Shown: positions 26,816-36,226 of the stretch, one piece after another
Numbering within the stretch: the stretch's first letter is position 1
How the letters are laid out: each line of letters begins with the position of its first letter
DNA from: an uncultured Planctomycetales bacterium
GTDB lineage: Bacteria; Omnitrophota; Gorgyraeia; Zapsychrales; JANLHA01
DNA length: 64,000 nucleotides
Direction: 5' to 3'
Assembly: GCA_964474085.1 (NCBI GenBank)
Contig: CAYYRJ010000008.1
Location: 23,677 to 87,676, forward strand
The notes under the pieces: model-generated
The model's database searches: none
Told to the model about the DNA's origin: nothing
Seen by the model: only the letters and a program-made list of their open reading frames with translations
Program-made: the position numbers and the translations under genes

Positions 26816-28501
26816 GTGTACATCCAAAAGCGCTCTCTGCGATTTGTCCTTGTTTTTTTATTGCTTTTTGCAGGCCTTTCGTATTTTACTTTTCAATTGC
26901 TTTTGATCCAGTTTTTTCGCTCCGAACATTTGTCAGAGCTTGCGCAAAAACAGCAGAATTATTTGCTTCCTTTGGAGCCTGTGCGCGGGACGATTTATGA
27001 CCGGCTTTTGCGGCCTTTGGCGGTAAACGTCACGGTTTATTCTGTCTATGCAAATCCTCGTCGGATGAAACCTGCCGAAAAAGATAATGCCGCCCGTCAA
27101 CTGGCCGCAATCCTTAATGTCAATAGCAGCCAGATTCGCGAAAAGCTCAATCGCGAAAAGTATTTTGTGTGGCTTATGCGCAAGGTTCCTTTTGAACTTT
27201 CCGAAAAAATCCGTCACGCAAAGATCAAGGGTATAGGGCTTATTCGTGACAGCAAACGTTATTATCCTAATCAATCACTTGCGGCACATCTGATTGGTTT
27301 TGCCGGCATGGACAATAAAGGTTTGGAAGGCTTGGAGCTTATGTTCGACAAATATTTACGCGGGGAGCCAGGCTATTCACAGATTTTGCGAGACGCCAAA
27401 CAGCGTGAACTTTTGATTGAAAAAAGTTTTTTACCCCCTAAAGACGGATTTAATCTTGTTCTGACGATCGATGAAACGATCCAATACATTAGTGAACGGG
27501 CTCTCGATAAAGCGTTTGCAAAAAGCAATGCGATTGCTGCAACGGTCATTGTCGTCAACCCCAAGACCGGGGAGATTCTCGCTCTTGTTAATCGTCCGAC
27601 GTATGATCTGACAAATGTAGACAAATTCCCGACGGAAAACCGCATGAACCGTGCCATTTCGCTTGTCTATGAACCGGGGTCTGTTTTTAAAATTGTCGCC
27701 GCCTCTGCAGCGCTCGAAGAGGGGGTATTTAAAGAAACCGACAAAATCTTTTGCGAAAACGGAAGTTATAGCGTCGGCGGACACATTCTTCATGACCATC
27801 ATGGACATGGGACATTGACTTTTAGTGAAGTTATGGAACAGTCGAGCAATATCGGGGTGACCAAAATAGCGCAAAAGATGGGACCGGCCACATGGTATAA
27901 ATATGCCAAACGGTTTCGTTTTGGGGACAAGACGGGGATTGACCTTTTAGGCGAAGTCGATGGGTGGGTTAAGAAACCTTCGGTATGGTCTAAGACTTCG
28001 ATTAGTGCTTTGCCGATTGGCCAAGAGGTCACGGTGACACCCATACAGCTGGTTGCGGCGATTGCCGCTATTGCCAATGATGGGGTTTACATGAAACCGC
28101 ACATCGTTAAATACGTTAAAGATAATAACGATGAACTGATCGAATCCGTCAAGTCGCAAGCTGTTTCGCAGGTCATCAGTCCAGAGACAGCCAAGCGTTT
28201 GCAGGCTATTCTCAAGGGGGTCGTCGACCGCGGGACAGCCAAAAAAGCGCAAATCGCTGGGATTTCCGTCGCTGGAAAAACCGGGACCGCTCAAAAGGTC
28301 GAAAACGGCCGATATTCCAAGGACAGTTTTTTTGCGTCGTTTATCGGATTTGCTCCGGTTGAGAATGCACAGCTGGCGGTCATTGTGATGTTTGATGACC
28401 CGCATCCGGATCATTTTGGCGGGACGGTTGCTGCACCGGTTTTTCGTGATATTGTCGTCGACAGTTTAAAATATTTGGATTCAGAAATCATAAAACCATA
28501 A
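26816..28501 (+). CDS. ftsI: Peptidoglycan D,D-transpeptidase FtsI (PBP3)
   Basis: SVFK (SxxK), SSN and KTGT motifs. Confidence 0.85.
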   Translation: MYIQKRSLRFVLVFLLLFAGLSYFTFQLLLIQFFRSEHLSELAQKQQNYLLPLEPVRGTIYDRLLRPLAVNVTVYSVYANPRRMKPAEKDNAARQLAAILNVNSSQIREKLNREKYFVWLMRKVPFELSEKIRHAKIKGIGLIRDSKRYYPNQSLAAHLIGFAGMDNKGLEGLELMFDKYLRGEPGYSQILRDAKQRELLIEKSFLPPKDGFNLVLTIDETIQYISERALDKAFAKSNAIAATVIVVNPKTGEILALVNRPTYDLTNVDKFPTENRMNRAISLVYEPGSVFKIVAASAALEEGVFKETDKIFCENGSYSVGGHILHDHHGHGTLTFSEVMEQSSNIGVTKIAQKMGPATWYKYAKRFRFGDKTGIDLLGEVDGWVKKPSVWSKTSISALPIGQEVTVTPIQLVAAIAAIANDGVYMKPHIVKYVKDNNDELIESVKSQAVSQVISPETAKRLQAILKGVVDRGTAKKAQIAGISVAGKTGTAQKVENGRYSKDSFFASFIGFAPVENAQLAVIVMFDDPHPDHFGGTVAAPVFRDIVVDSLKYLDSEIIKP

Positions 28502-28514
28502 GAAAATTCTTAAA

Positions 28515-29978
28515 ATGAAACTTCAGGAACTGCTCATCAATACGGATGTTGTTGTCATGGAGAGTCATTTCGATACCTTAGACGTCCTTTCTGTGACGGC
28601 GGATTCGCGAAAGGCGGTTGAGGCAAGCCTTTTTGTGGCTTTGCCGGGCCCCAAAACGCATGGTGAGAAGTTTATTGCGCAGGCCATTGCCCAAGGAGCA
28701 AAAGTCATTGTTTCAAAAGAAATGTCGGATTGCAGCGTAATTCCTGACGATGTTTTGCATTTGGTCGTTGACGACCCCCAAAAGTTTTTAGTGACAGTAT
28801 TAAAAAACTTTTACGGTGAACCGTCAAAGAGTGTGAAGTTAATTGGGATTACTGGAACTAATGGCAAGACGACGATTACGTATCTTTTAGAATCTTTGTT
28901 TGCTGCTATCGGCAAAAGCTGTGGGGTCATCGGAACAATCAATCATCGCTACGGTGGAAAAATCATTAAGGCGGCAAACACAACCCCGGGCTTGGTCGAT
29001 AATTTTGCGCTGGTTGCGCAAATGTCCGAGTGTGGGGTTAGCTATTGCGCTATGGAAGTTTCCTCACATGCCCTCGATCAAGGGCGGGTAGAAGGTTTAG
29101 GTTTTCGCTATGGCGTCTTTACAAATCTGACGAGCGACCATTTGGATTATCATAAAACCCGCGAAAATTATTTTTTAGCGAAGTCAAAATTGTTTACGGG
29201 TTTGGAAATGACCGGCAGGGCGATAATTAATATCGACGATGAATTTGGTGAGCGTTTGCAAAAAATGACCGCAAGCCCGGTGTGGACGTATGGGATTAAA
29301 ACTGCGGCGGATTTTTGTGCCCGCAATATCAATCTGGGATTTGAAGGCAGCCGTTTTGATTTGGTGACACCGATAGGGAGCATTGAAATTCAGACAAAGC
29401 TTATCGGGTTACATAATATTTATAATATTTTGTCTGTTGCAGCTGTTGGAGTAGGCGAAGGGTTGACCCTTGAGAGGATCAAAAAAGGCATCGAGTCTTT
29501 AATTGAAGTACCGGGAAGGTTAGAACGCATCGAGGCAGGGCAAAATTTCTATGTATTTGTCGATTACGCCCATACAGAAGATGCGCTGCGCAATGTATTG
29601 TCGAGCATCCGTGCCGTTAAAAAAGCGCGGGTCATTGTTGTTTTTGGCTGCGGCGGGGATCGGGACAAGACCAAGCGTCCGCTTATGGCTAGCGTCGTCG
29701 AGGATTTGTCAGATTTTGCTATCGTCACTAGTGACAATCCGCGCAGCGAAGATCCTCAGCAGATTATCCGCGAAATTGTCGATGGGTTTAAAAAGAAAAA
29801 TCTTAAAGTCGTTGCCGATAGAAAAACAGCCATTGCAGAGGCTTTATCGTTTGCCCAAAAAGGGGATGTGGTTATCATCGCCGGCAAAGGCCATGAGGAT
29901 TATCAGATTTTTAGGGACCAGACGATTGCTTTTGATGAACGCGAAATTGTCAGGGGAATTTTAAATGGCAAAATTTAA
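28515..29978 (+). CDS. murE: UDP-N-acetylmuramoyl-tripeptide synthetase (Mur ligase)
   Basis: GITGTNGKTT P-loop; DNPR motif; synteny. Confidence 0.9.
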   Translation: MKLQELLINTDVVVMESHFDTLDVLSVTADSRKAVEASLFVALPGPKTHGEKFIAQAIAQGAKVIVSKEMSDCSVIPDDVLHLVVDDPQKFLVTVLKNFYGEPSKSVKLIGITGTNGKTTITYLLESLFAAIGKSCGVIGTINHRYGGKIIKAANTTPGLVDNFALVAQMSECGVSYCAMEVSSHALDQGRVEGLGFRYGVFTNLTSDHLDYHKTRENYFLAKSKLFTGLEMTGRAIINIDDEFGERLQKMTASPVWTYGIKTAADFCARNINLGFEGSRFDLVTPIGSIEIQTKLIGLHNIYNILSVAAVGVGEGLTLERIKKGIESLIEVPGRLERIEAGQNFYVFVDYAHTEDALRNVLSSIRAVKKARVIVVFGCGGDRDKTKRPLMASVVEDLSDFAIVTSDNPRSEDPQQIIREIVDGFKKKNLKVVADRKTAIAEALSFAQKGDVVIIAGKGHEDYQIFRDQTIAFDEREIVRGILNGKI

Positions 29979-31335
29979 AATTTTAGAAATTTTAAATGCG
30001 ACTAACGGAAAACTTTTACAAGGTGATCCACAGTCTTTGGTGCATGGCGTGGTCACCAATTCGCGTCTGGTCAAAAAGGGCGATCTTTTTATTGCGATTG
30101 TTGGCGAAAAACATGATGCGCACAGCTTTATTGCGCAGGTGATCAAACAAGGCGCTGGGGCGATTGTCATATCGAACAAAATTGGGCCAGTCCCGGCATC
30201 GGTTGTGGTCATTAAAGTGGCTGACACGACCAAGGCATTAGGAGAGATTGCACGGCTTTATCGTCGGCGTTTTTCACTGCCGGTTATTGCGATTACTGGC
30301 TCGGCCGGCAAGACGACGACCAAGGAAATGATCAGTGCTCTGCTGCAAAAAAAATTTAAGGTGTTAAAGAATATTGGGACTGAAAATAATCAGTTCGGCG
30401 TTCCATTAACATTGCTTAAGCTCAAAGCCAGCCATCAAATCGCTGTTCTGGAAGTCGGCACGAACACCCCTGGCGATATTGCATGGCTCTCGTCGATCGT
30501 GGTTCCAGATGTTGCCGTGATAACCAATATCGGCGAGTCGCATTTAGCGCAGTTGACAAGTCCGGCGGATGTTTTTATTGAAAAGCTTGACCTTATTAAA
30601 GCGCTGCCTAAAAATGGGGTTGCTATTATTAACCGCGATGACCCATTTTTGCAAAAAGTATTGCGGCTGTATAAAGGGAAAGTTCTCGCCTATGCGATAA
30701 AAAATTCGGCAAATTATCAGGCCGGTTCGATTACGTTTGATCACATGAGAGTGGAATTTTCACTCGCGGGGGGCGGAAAGATTATTTTGCCTGGAACAGC
30801 GACGGCCAATGTTTATAATGCCTTGGCTGCAATCGCGGTGGCGCGTTTATTTAAAGTCAGTTGGAACGATATTAAAACGGTACTTAAAAAATTTTCGCTG
30901 CACTCTGGCCGGCAAACGACGGTCAAGGTGGGTCAAATTTTGGTCATCGACGATTCGTATAATGCCAATCCGGTTTCGTTTCGCAGCGCCTTGGAGGCTT
31001 TAAGTCATCATTCATCGACGGGTCGAAAGATCCTTATTTGCGGCGATATGCTTGAGTTGGGAAGTCAAGCGAAGCGTTTGCATGAAAATATTGGCGAAGC
31101 TGCCGCAGTGGTGGGGGTAAACCGGATTATTTCATTTGGAAATTTTTCGAAAAACATAGGTCTGGCAGCAAAGAAAAAAAATCCGGCAATTGAGATTTTT
31201 CACAGCCCAAAAGAAGAAGCGGTTTTAGCACAGATCAAAAAGTCTCTGGGGCCGTCAGACATTGTTTTAGTTAAAGGTTCGAGGGGAATGCACACTGAAC
31301 GATTTGTCGAATTTATTCGAACGGGTTTTAGATAA
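29965..31335 (+). CDS. murF: UDP-N-acetylmuramoyl-tripeptide--D-alanyl-D-alanine ligase
   Basis: ITGSAGKTTTKE P-loop; synteny. Confidence 0.9.
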   Translation: MAKFKILEILNATNGKLLQGDPQSLVHGVVTNSRLVKKGDLFIAIVGEKHDAHSFIAQVIKQGAGAIVISNKIGPVPASVVVIKVADTTKALGEIARLYRRRFSLPVIAITGSAGKTTTKEMISALLQKKFKVLKNIGTENNQFGVPLTLLKLKASHQIAVLEVGTNTPGDIAWLSSIVVPDVAVITNIGESHLAQLTSPADVFIEKLDLIKALPKNGVAIINRDDPFLQKVLRLYKGKVLAYAIKNSANYQAGSITFDHMRVEFSLAGGGKIILPGTATANVYNALAAIAVARLFKVSWNDIKTVLKKFSLHSGRQTTVKVGQILVIDDSYNANPVSFRSALEALSHHSSTGRKILICGDMLELGSQAKRLHENIGEAAAVVGVNRIISFGNFSKNIGLAAKKKNPAIEIFHSPKEEAVLAQIKKSLGPSDIVLVKGSRGMHTERFVEFIRTGFR

Positions 31336-31349
31336 CACAGGAGAACAGA

Positions 31350-32438
31350 ATGTTTTATTGGCTTTCGGAGTTTAGATCGGTATTTTTTGAATTTAATATT
31401 TTCAAGTACATCACGTTTCGTGCGGCGATGGCTGCGGTAACGACATTTGTTCTGTGTATGATTTTTGGTCCCTTGTTTATCAAATACTCCAAACAGCGCG
31501 CGATTCGGGAACGGGCCAAACGAGACGATTGTCCGGCCTTAGACAAATTCCAAACGGCCAAGGAAGGCGTTCCGACGATGGGCGGGATTTTTATTATCGG
31601 CAGCATCTTGATCTCGGTGCTTTTATGGGCAGATCTTTCTAATCGTTACATTATTTTGACATTTTTAACATGCTTGTTTTTTGCTTTGCTCGGTGGACTG
31701 GATGATTATATTAAGTTAAAACAAAAAGGGAAGCACCGCGGTTTGCGGGCGCGCACGAAGTTTGTTTTGCAAGTCCTTTGGGGCATGGCTATCGGCGCGT
31801 ATCTTTATTTGAATCCCGGCCTTAATACTCAGATTGATGTCCCGTTTCTTAAAACGCTTGTCGTTGACTTAGGGGTCTTGTATGTGCCGTTTGTCGCGCT
31901 GGTTATCGTCGGAGCGACGAATGCGGTTAATCTTACCGACGGGATGGATGGGCTGGCGATAGGCTGTGTCATGATTGTCAGTGCGACACTTTCGGTGCTT
32001 TGTTATGTTTCGGGGCATTTGAAATTTAGCGAATATTTGCTTATTCCCTATTTGCCAGGGGCAGGGGAGCTGACAATTTTTTGCTCGGCTATTCTTGGCG
32101 CGAGTTTAGGATTTTTGTGGTTTAATTGTCATCCGGCTTCAGTCTTTATGGGGGATGTCGGTTCGCTGCCTTTAGGCGGAAGCTTAGGGGTTATCGTTAT
32201 TTTTATTAAAAAAGAACTTTTGCTTGTTATTTTAGGCGGTGTTTTTGTCGTCGAGGCTTTATCGGTCATCTTGCAGGTTGCATCATTTAAAACGCGGCGC
32301 AAACGGATTTTTAAAATGTCGCCGTTTCATCATCATTTGCAGTTAAGCGGCTGGCCGGAATCAAAAATCACAATACGTTTTTGGATCATTGGCATTATTC
32401 TGGCTCTGTTAACGTTAACAACTTTAAAAATCAGATAA
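31350..32438 (+). CDS. mraY: Phospho-N-acetylmuramoyl-pentapeptide transferase
   Basis: NAVNLTDGMDGLA and DVGSLPLG motifs. Confidence 0.95.
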   Translation: MFYWLSEFRSVFFEFNIFKYITFRAAMAAVTTFVLCMIFGPLFIKYSKQRAIRERAKRDDCPALDKFQTAKEGVPTMGGIFIIGSILISVLLWADLSNRYIILTFLTCLFFALLGGLDDYIKLKQKGKHRGLRARTKFVLQVLWGMAIGAYLYLNPGLNTQIDVPFLKTLVVDLGVLYVPFVALVIVGATNAVNLTDGMDGLAIGCVMIVSATLSVLCYVSGHLKFSEYLLIPYLPGAGELTIFCSAILGASLGFLWFNCHPASVFMGDVGSLPLGGSLGVIVIFIKKELLLVILGGVFVVEALSVILQVASFKTRRKRIFKMSPFHHHLQLSGWPESKITIRFWIIGIILALLTLTTLKIR

Positions 32439-33700
32439 TGAATTTTAAAAATAAAACAGTTGTTGTTGTTGGGGCAGCCAAAAGCGGGCAGTCGTCGGCG
32501 AGGCTTTTGCATCGCTTAGGGGCGCATGTCAAAATTTCCGAAGCAGGAAAGCCTGATACGTCTGACAAAGAATTCTGTCTTTGGGCCCAACAGAACAATA
32601 TGGCCATGGAGTTTAACGGGCATACGAAAGATTTCATTCTAGAGAGCGATGCGGTTGTCTTAAGTCCCGGTGTGCGTAGTGACGCTTTGCCGGTTCTCTG
32701 GGCACGCGAAAAAAATATTCCTGTCCTCGGAGAAATTGAATTGGGCGCTTTGGTTTGCACCAAGCCAATTATTGCGGTGACGGGTTCAAATGGCAAAACA
32801 ACGGTTTCAACGTTGATTAGCTTGCTTATTAATGCCAACGGTAAAAGGGCGTGTTTGTGCGGCAATGTTGGAACTCCATTTACGGAATTTGTTTTAGAGA
32901 GCGATCGATACGATTATTTTGTGACGGAGATTAGCTCTTTTCAGCTGGAAACCATCCAAACCTTTAAGCCCCATATTGCGGTTCTTTTAAACTTTACACA
33001 AAATCATCTCGACCGGCACAAAGATATGGACGAGTATTTCAACGCGAAAAGACGTATTTTTGAGAATCAGGACCACAATGATTTTGCTGTTTTAAATGCG
33101 CAGGACATCTGGTGTAAAAAAGCGGCGAGCGGCCTTGAATCACGGATTTGTTTTTTTAATCAGGGCGAATTTTCTTCGCAAGGAATTATTAACCCTAATC
33201 ATTTAGCGGTCCTTTGCGTGGCCAAAATTCTCGGCTTGTCTTTAGAGGTCTGTTTGCAGGAGCTAAAAAATTTTAAAGGCGTTGAGCATCGCATGGAAAA
33301 AGTACGTGTTCTTGACGGCGTTGAGTATATCAATGACTCAAAGGCAACGACCGTTGAGGCAGGGCGTTGGGCTTTGGAAAGTACAAGCAAGCCGATTGTC
33401 ATGCTCTGCGGTGGACGGGACAAGAACTTGGATTTTGCGCCGTTGCGTGCGTTGGTCGCACAAAAGGTCAAAAAGATGATTCTTTTTGGGCAAGCGCGCG
33501 CTAAATTGCGGATGGCTTTCGACGGGGCGGTGAGCTTAGAGGAATGCGAAACGCTCGAACAGGCCATTGCCGCAGGCCGGCAGGCGGCCATCGCGGGCGA
33601 TGTCGTGATGCTTGTTCCTATGTGCACTAGTTATGATAGTTTTAAGAATTTTGAAGAGCGTGGGGCTGCGTTTAAACAGATCGTCCGGAATTTGAAGTAA
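32438..33700 (+). CDS. murD: UDP-N-acetylmuramoylalanine--D-glutamate ligase
   Basis: VVGAAKSG Rossmann motif and GSNGKTT P-loop. ATG 32438 overlaps the mraY stop (TAATG). Confidence 0.9.
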   Translation: MNFKNKTVVVVGAAKSGQSSARLLHRLGAHVKISEAGKPDTSDKEFCLWAQQNNMAMEFNGHTKDFILESDAVVLSPGVRSDALPVLWAREKNIPVLGEIELGALVCTKPIIAVTGSNGKTTVSTLISLLINANGKRACLCGNVGTPFTEFVLESDRYDYFVTEISSFQLETIQTFKPHIAVLLNFTQNHLDRHKDMDEYFNAKRRIFENQDHNDFAVLNAQDIWCKKAASGLESRICFFNQGEFSSQGIINPNHLAVLCVAKILGLSLEVCLQELKNFKGVEHRMEKVRVLDGVEYINDSKATTVEAGRWALESTSKPIVMLCGGRDKNLDFAPLRALVAQKVKKMILFGQARAKLRMAFDGAVSLEECETLEQAIAAGRQAAIAGDVVMLVPMCTSYDSFKNFEERGAAFKQIVRNLK

Positions 33701-33717
33701 AAAAAGTTCATTAGCCT

Positions 33718-34809
33718 ATGCGACAACTGCGGATTTCTATTGCCACAATTTGTTTGGCCCTGATTTGTTTAGGGGTCATTATGGTTTATAGCACCAGCGG
33801 CATCAATGCGATGCAGCGCTATGGCGACAGTTTTTATTTTCTCAAGCGTCATCTTGTTTTTTTAGTTATGGGATTTTTGTGTGCCTGCGGGGTTATGGCG
33901 GCAGATTATCGGGATTTGCGAAAAATCATCAAGCCGCTTTTGTTATTTACACTGTTTCTTTTGGTTCTGGTCCTTATTCCGCATATCGGTTCGGTCAGTA
34001 ACGGAGCACGCCGCTGGTTTAAGTTGGGATTTTTTAATTTTCAGCCTACCGAGTTTGCAAAATTAGTCATGCTCGTGTATGCCGCTGATTTTTTAGCTCG
34101 TAAGCCTAATGATGTCAAAAGTTTTCGCCGCGGGTTTTTGCCGCTAATGATTGTTTTAGGGACGTTGTGTGCGCTTATTTTAAAACAGCCGGATTTAGGC
34201 AGCGCCTTTTTAATCGGGTGCGTTGTGGTGATTATGTTTTTTATTGCCGGCGGACAAATCTGGTATTTTGGCATACTCGCTCTGATGGCTATCCCCGGGT
34301 TTTATTTTTTGGTGGTTCGTGTGGCGTACCGCTGGGCGCGGATTGCAACGTTTCTGGACCCCTGGCAGGATCCGCAAGGAGCTGGTTTTCAGTTGACTCA
34401 GTCCCAAATCGCGTTTGGCTCCGGTGGGCTTTGGGGTGTGGGATTAGGGCACAGTATCCAAAAACTTTTTTATTTGCCCGCGGCGCACACGGATTTTGTT
34501 CTTTCGATTATCGGCGAGGAAATGGGATTTTTGGGCGCGTTTACGGTGATCCTTTTATTTGGTACTTTTATTTGGCAGGGGGCACGCATTGCCAAAAGGG
34601 TCAAAGATCCGTTCGGCTATTATTTGGCCTGCGGGATTGTGACAATTATTGGCCTTCAGGCGGTTATCAATGTTGGAGTGACGATCGGTGCTTTACCGAC
34701 GAAGGGTTTGCCGCTGCCCTTTATTAGTTACGGGGGGTCGGCCCTTGTTGTAAATATGATGCTTATTGGGTTGTTGTTAAATATTTCGCGGATTGAAGAT
34801 TGCGCATGA
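33718..34809 (+). CDS. ftsW: Peptidoglycan glycosyltransferase FtsW (SEDS family)
   Basis: About 10 TM helices; PTKGLPLPFISYGGS motif. Confidence 0.9.
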   Translation: MRQLRISIATICLALICLGVIMVYSTSGINAMQRYGDSFYFLKRHLVFLVMGFLCACGVMAADYRDLRKIIKPLLLFTLFLLVLVLIPHIGSVSNGARRWFKLGFFNFQPTEFAKLVMLVYAADFLARKPNDVKSFRRGFLPLMIVLGTLCALILKQPDLGSAFLIGCVVVIMFFIAGGQIWYFGILALMAIPGFYFLVVRVAYRWARIATFLDPWQDPQGAGFQLTQSQIAFGSGGLWGVGLGHSIQKLFYLPAAHTDFVLSIIGEEMGFLGAFTVILLFGTFIWQGARIAKRVKDPFGYYLACGIVTIIGLQAVINVGVTIGALPTKGLPLPFISYGGSALVVNMMLIGLLLNISRIEDCA

Positions 34810-34819
34810 AACCTTTAAT

Positions 34820-34967
34820 CCCAAATTTTGCATTACAATTAATTGCGCGACGATTCGTCGCGCACAAAAAGAAAAATGCAAAATTTGCCTTCGGTTGTCC
34901 TGCAGGGACAAGGTTAACCCCGCACGTCTCGACTTCGTCGAGACATGAGGCCCTTCGGGCGGATTTT
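34820..34967 (+). repeat. Copy A of an approximately 150-bp multi-hairpin intergenic repeat
   Basis: About 90% identical to the reverse complement of 55727-55876. Contains three hairpins (gcgcgacg/cgtcgcgc, ttgtcc/ggacaa, gtctcgac/gtcgagac). Confidence 0.8.
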
Positions 34968-34985
34968 ACTTGGCCAAGCAGGAGC

Positions 34986-36083
34986 TTGGCCAATGAAAAA
35001 TCCGGGTTAAAAATTGTCTTAGCCACCGGCGGCAGCGGGGGACATATTTTCCCGGCGCTAGTTACCGCACAGCAATTAAAAAGCCGCGGGCACACGATTA
35101 TTTTTGCCGGAAGCTTCAAGCATTCGGGCGCCAAAATTCAATCTGCAGGTTTTAAATATTTCGAAATTCACGCAAAAGGATTTTCGATGCGTTCGCCTCT
35201 GGCTGTTTTTCAATTTATTTTGGCGGCAGCGCAATCTTTTTTTGAATCTCAGCATATTTTAAGGCAAATCAAGCCGCAGATCGTCGTCGGATTTGGCGGG
35301 TATGGCGCTTTTACAATTGTTTTGGCCGCTTTTTTGCAACGAATCCCGACAATGATACAGGAACAAAATGTCGTTCCTGGAAAAGCCAATCGTTTGCTTT
35401 CGTTTGTTGCCCGAAGAATTGCCGTCGGGTTTAAAGAGGCGCAAAGCCGTTTTCCGGCATCCAAAGTTTTGGTGACCGGCTGCCCGGCAAGGGCGCTTCC
35501 TGCGGTGATTGACCGCAATGGCGCTTTTGAAAATTTTGGTTTTGCCCAAGGCTTAAAGATCATTTTTGTTTTAGGCGGCAGTCAGGGAAGCCGGCGGATC
35601 AACGCCGAGTTTATAAAAGCCGCCGAAAGATTGAAAGCCAAAATGAATTTTGGCGTCATTCATCTTTGCGGTGCAAATGATGTCGAGCTTTGCAAAGCCG
35701 CTTACCAAAGGCTCGGAATTGCCCACTGGGTAGCCAGTTTTACCGACGAGATATTTAAGGCGTATGCCATTGCGGATTTAGTTGTCAGTCGATCCGGGGC
35801 AATGACGGTAACGGAGCTCGCGGCGTTTTGTTTGCCGGCGATTTTAATTCCCTACCCTTACGCCGGTGGTCATCAGAGGGAGAATGCCTTGGTTTTGACA
35901 AAGACAAAGGCCAGTTGTTTGATCGACGAAAAAGATTTAACGACCGACGTTTTAGAGAAGGCTTTAAGTCAGATGTTAACGAATCCCATCCCTAAAGAGC
36001 AAATTAAAATCGCGTATGAAGGCATTTATCGTCCCGACGCTGCTTTTGTATTAGCCGATGAAATTGAGAGGTTAAAGGCGTGA
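34986..36083 (+). CDS. murG: UDP-GlcNAc:lipid I N-acetylglucosaminyltransferase
   Basis: IVLATGGSGGHIFPA G-loop. The ORF is listed from 34800, but its first 60 codons lie within the intergenic repeat. The start was placed at TTG 34986, just after AGGAG; the exact start is uncertain. Confidence 0.8.
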   Translation: MANEKSGLKIVLATGGSGGHIFPALVTAQQLKSRGHTIIFAGSFKHSGAKIQSAGFKYFEIHAKGFSMRSPLAVFQFILAAAQSFFESQHILRQIKPQIVVGFGGYGAFTIVLAAFLQRIPTMIQEQNVVPGKANRLLSFVARRIAVGFKEAQSRFPASKVLVTGCPARALPAVIDRNGAFENFGFAQGLKIIFVLGGSQGSRRINAEFIKAAERLKAKMNFGVIHLCGANDVELCKAAYQRLGIAHWVASFTDEIFKAYAIADLVVSRSGAMTVTELAAFCLPAILIPYPYAGGHQRENALVLTKTKASCLIDEKDLTTDVLEKALSQMLTNPIPKEQIKIAYEGIYRPDAAFVLADEIERLKA

Positions 36084-36226
36084 AACAGTGGAGAAATTAT
36101 CTTCAAATTTTTTCTCGAGAACAGTTGCGGGTCCCCCGCTTTGCGGGACTTACGCTGCCCCTGCGGCACCCTACCGTCCTCGCAAGTTGCGGGCGGCAGG
36201 GTACCCGCCTTCGGGTCACCCGCCCA
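36084..36226 (+). other. GC-rich structured leader with overlapping alternative hairpins (gcggg-tcc-cccgc / cccgc-ttt-gcggg) and gggt(a/c)acccgcc direct repeats
   Basis: Read from the sequence. Locally higher GC than the flanks. Located between murG and the peptidase-like gene. Confidence 0.35.

Noticed and set aside
27373-28414. Several 90-155-aa minus-strand ORFs within ftsI
   Set aside because: They are antisense to a well-supported PBP3 gene and are shadow ORFs.
29551-29964. 137-aa alternative-frame ORF inside murE
   Set aside because: It is in the same strand but a different frame from the conserved MurE sequence, and has a basic low-complexity translation.
34763-35134. Minus-strand 123-aa ORF, and the N-terminal 60 codons of the 34800 murG ORF
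   Set aside because: Both lie on the 150-bp intergenic repeat. The similar peptide from ORF 55697-55936 shows they are translations of a repeated structured element, not genes. MurG homology begins only at about 34990.
36080-36226. N-terminal 49 codons of the 36080 ORF (MKQWRNYLQIF...)
   Set aside because: The region is GC-rich and hairpin-dense. The translation is Arg/Pro/Leu-rich with no hydrophobic signal. The signal peptide and the peptidase domain start at ATG 36227.
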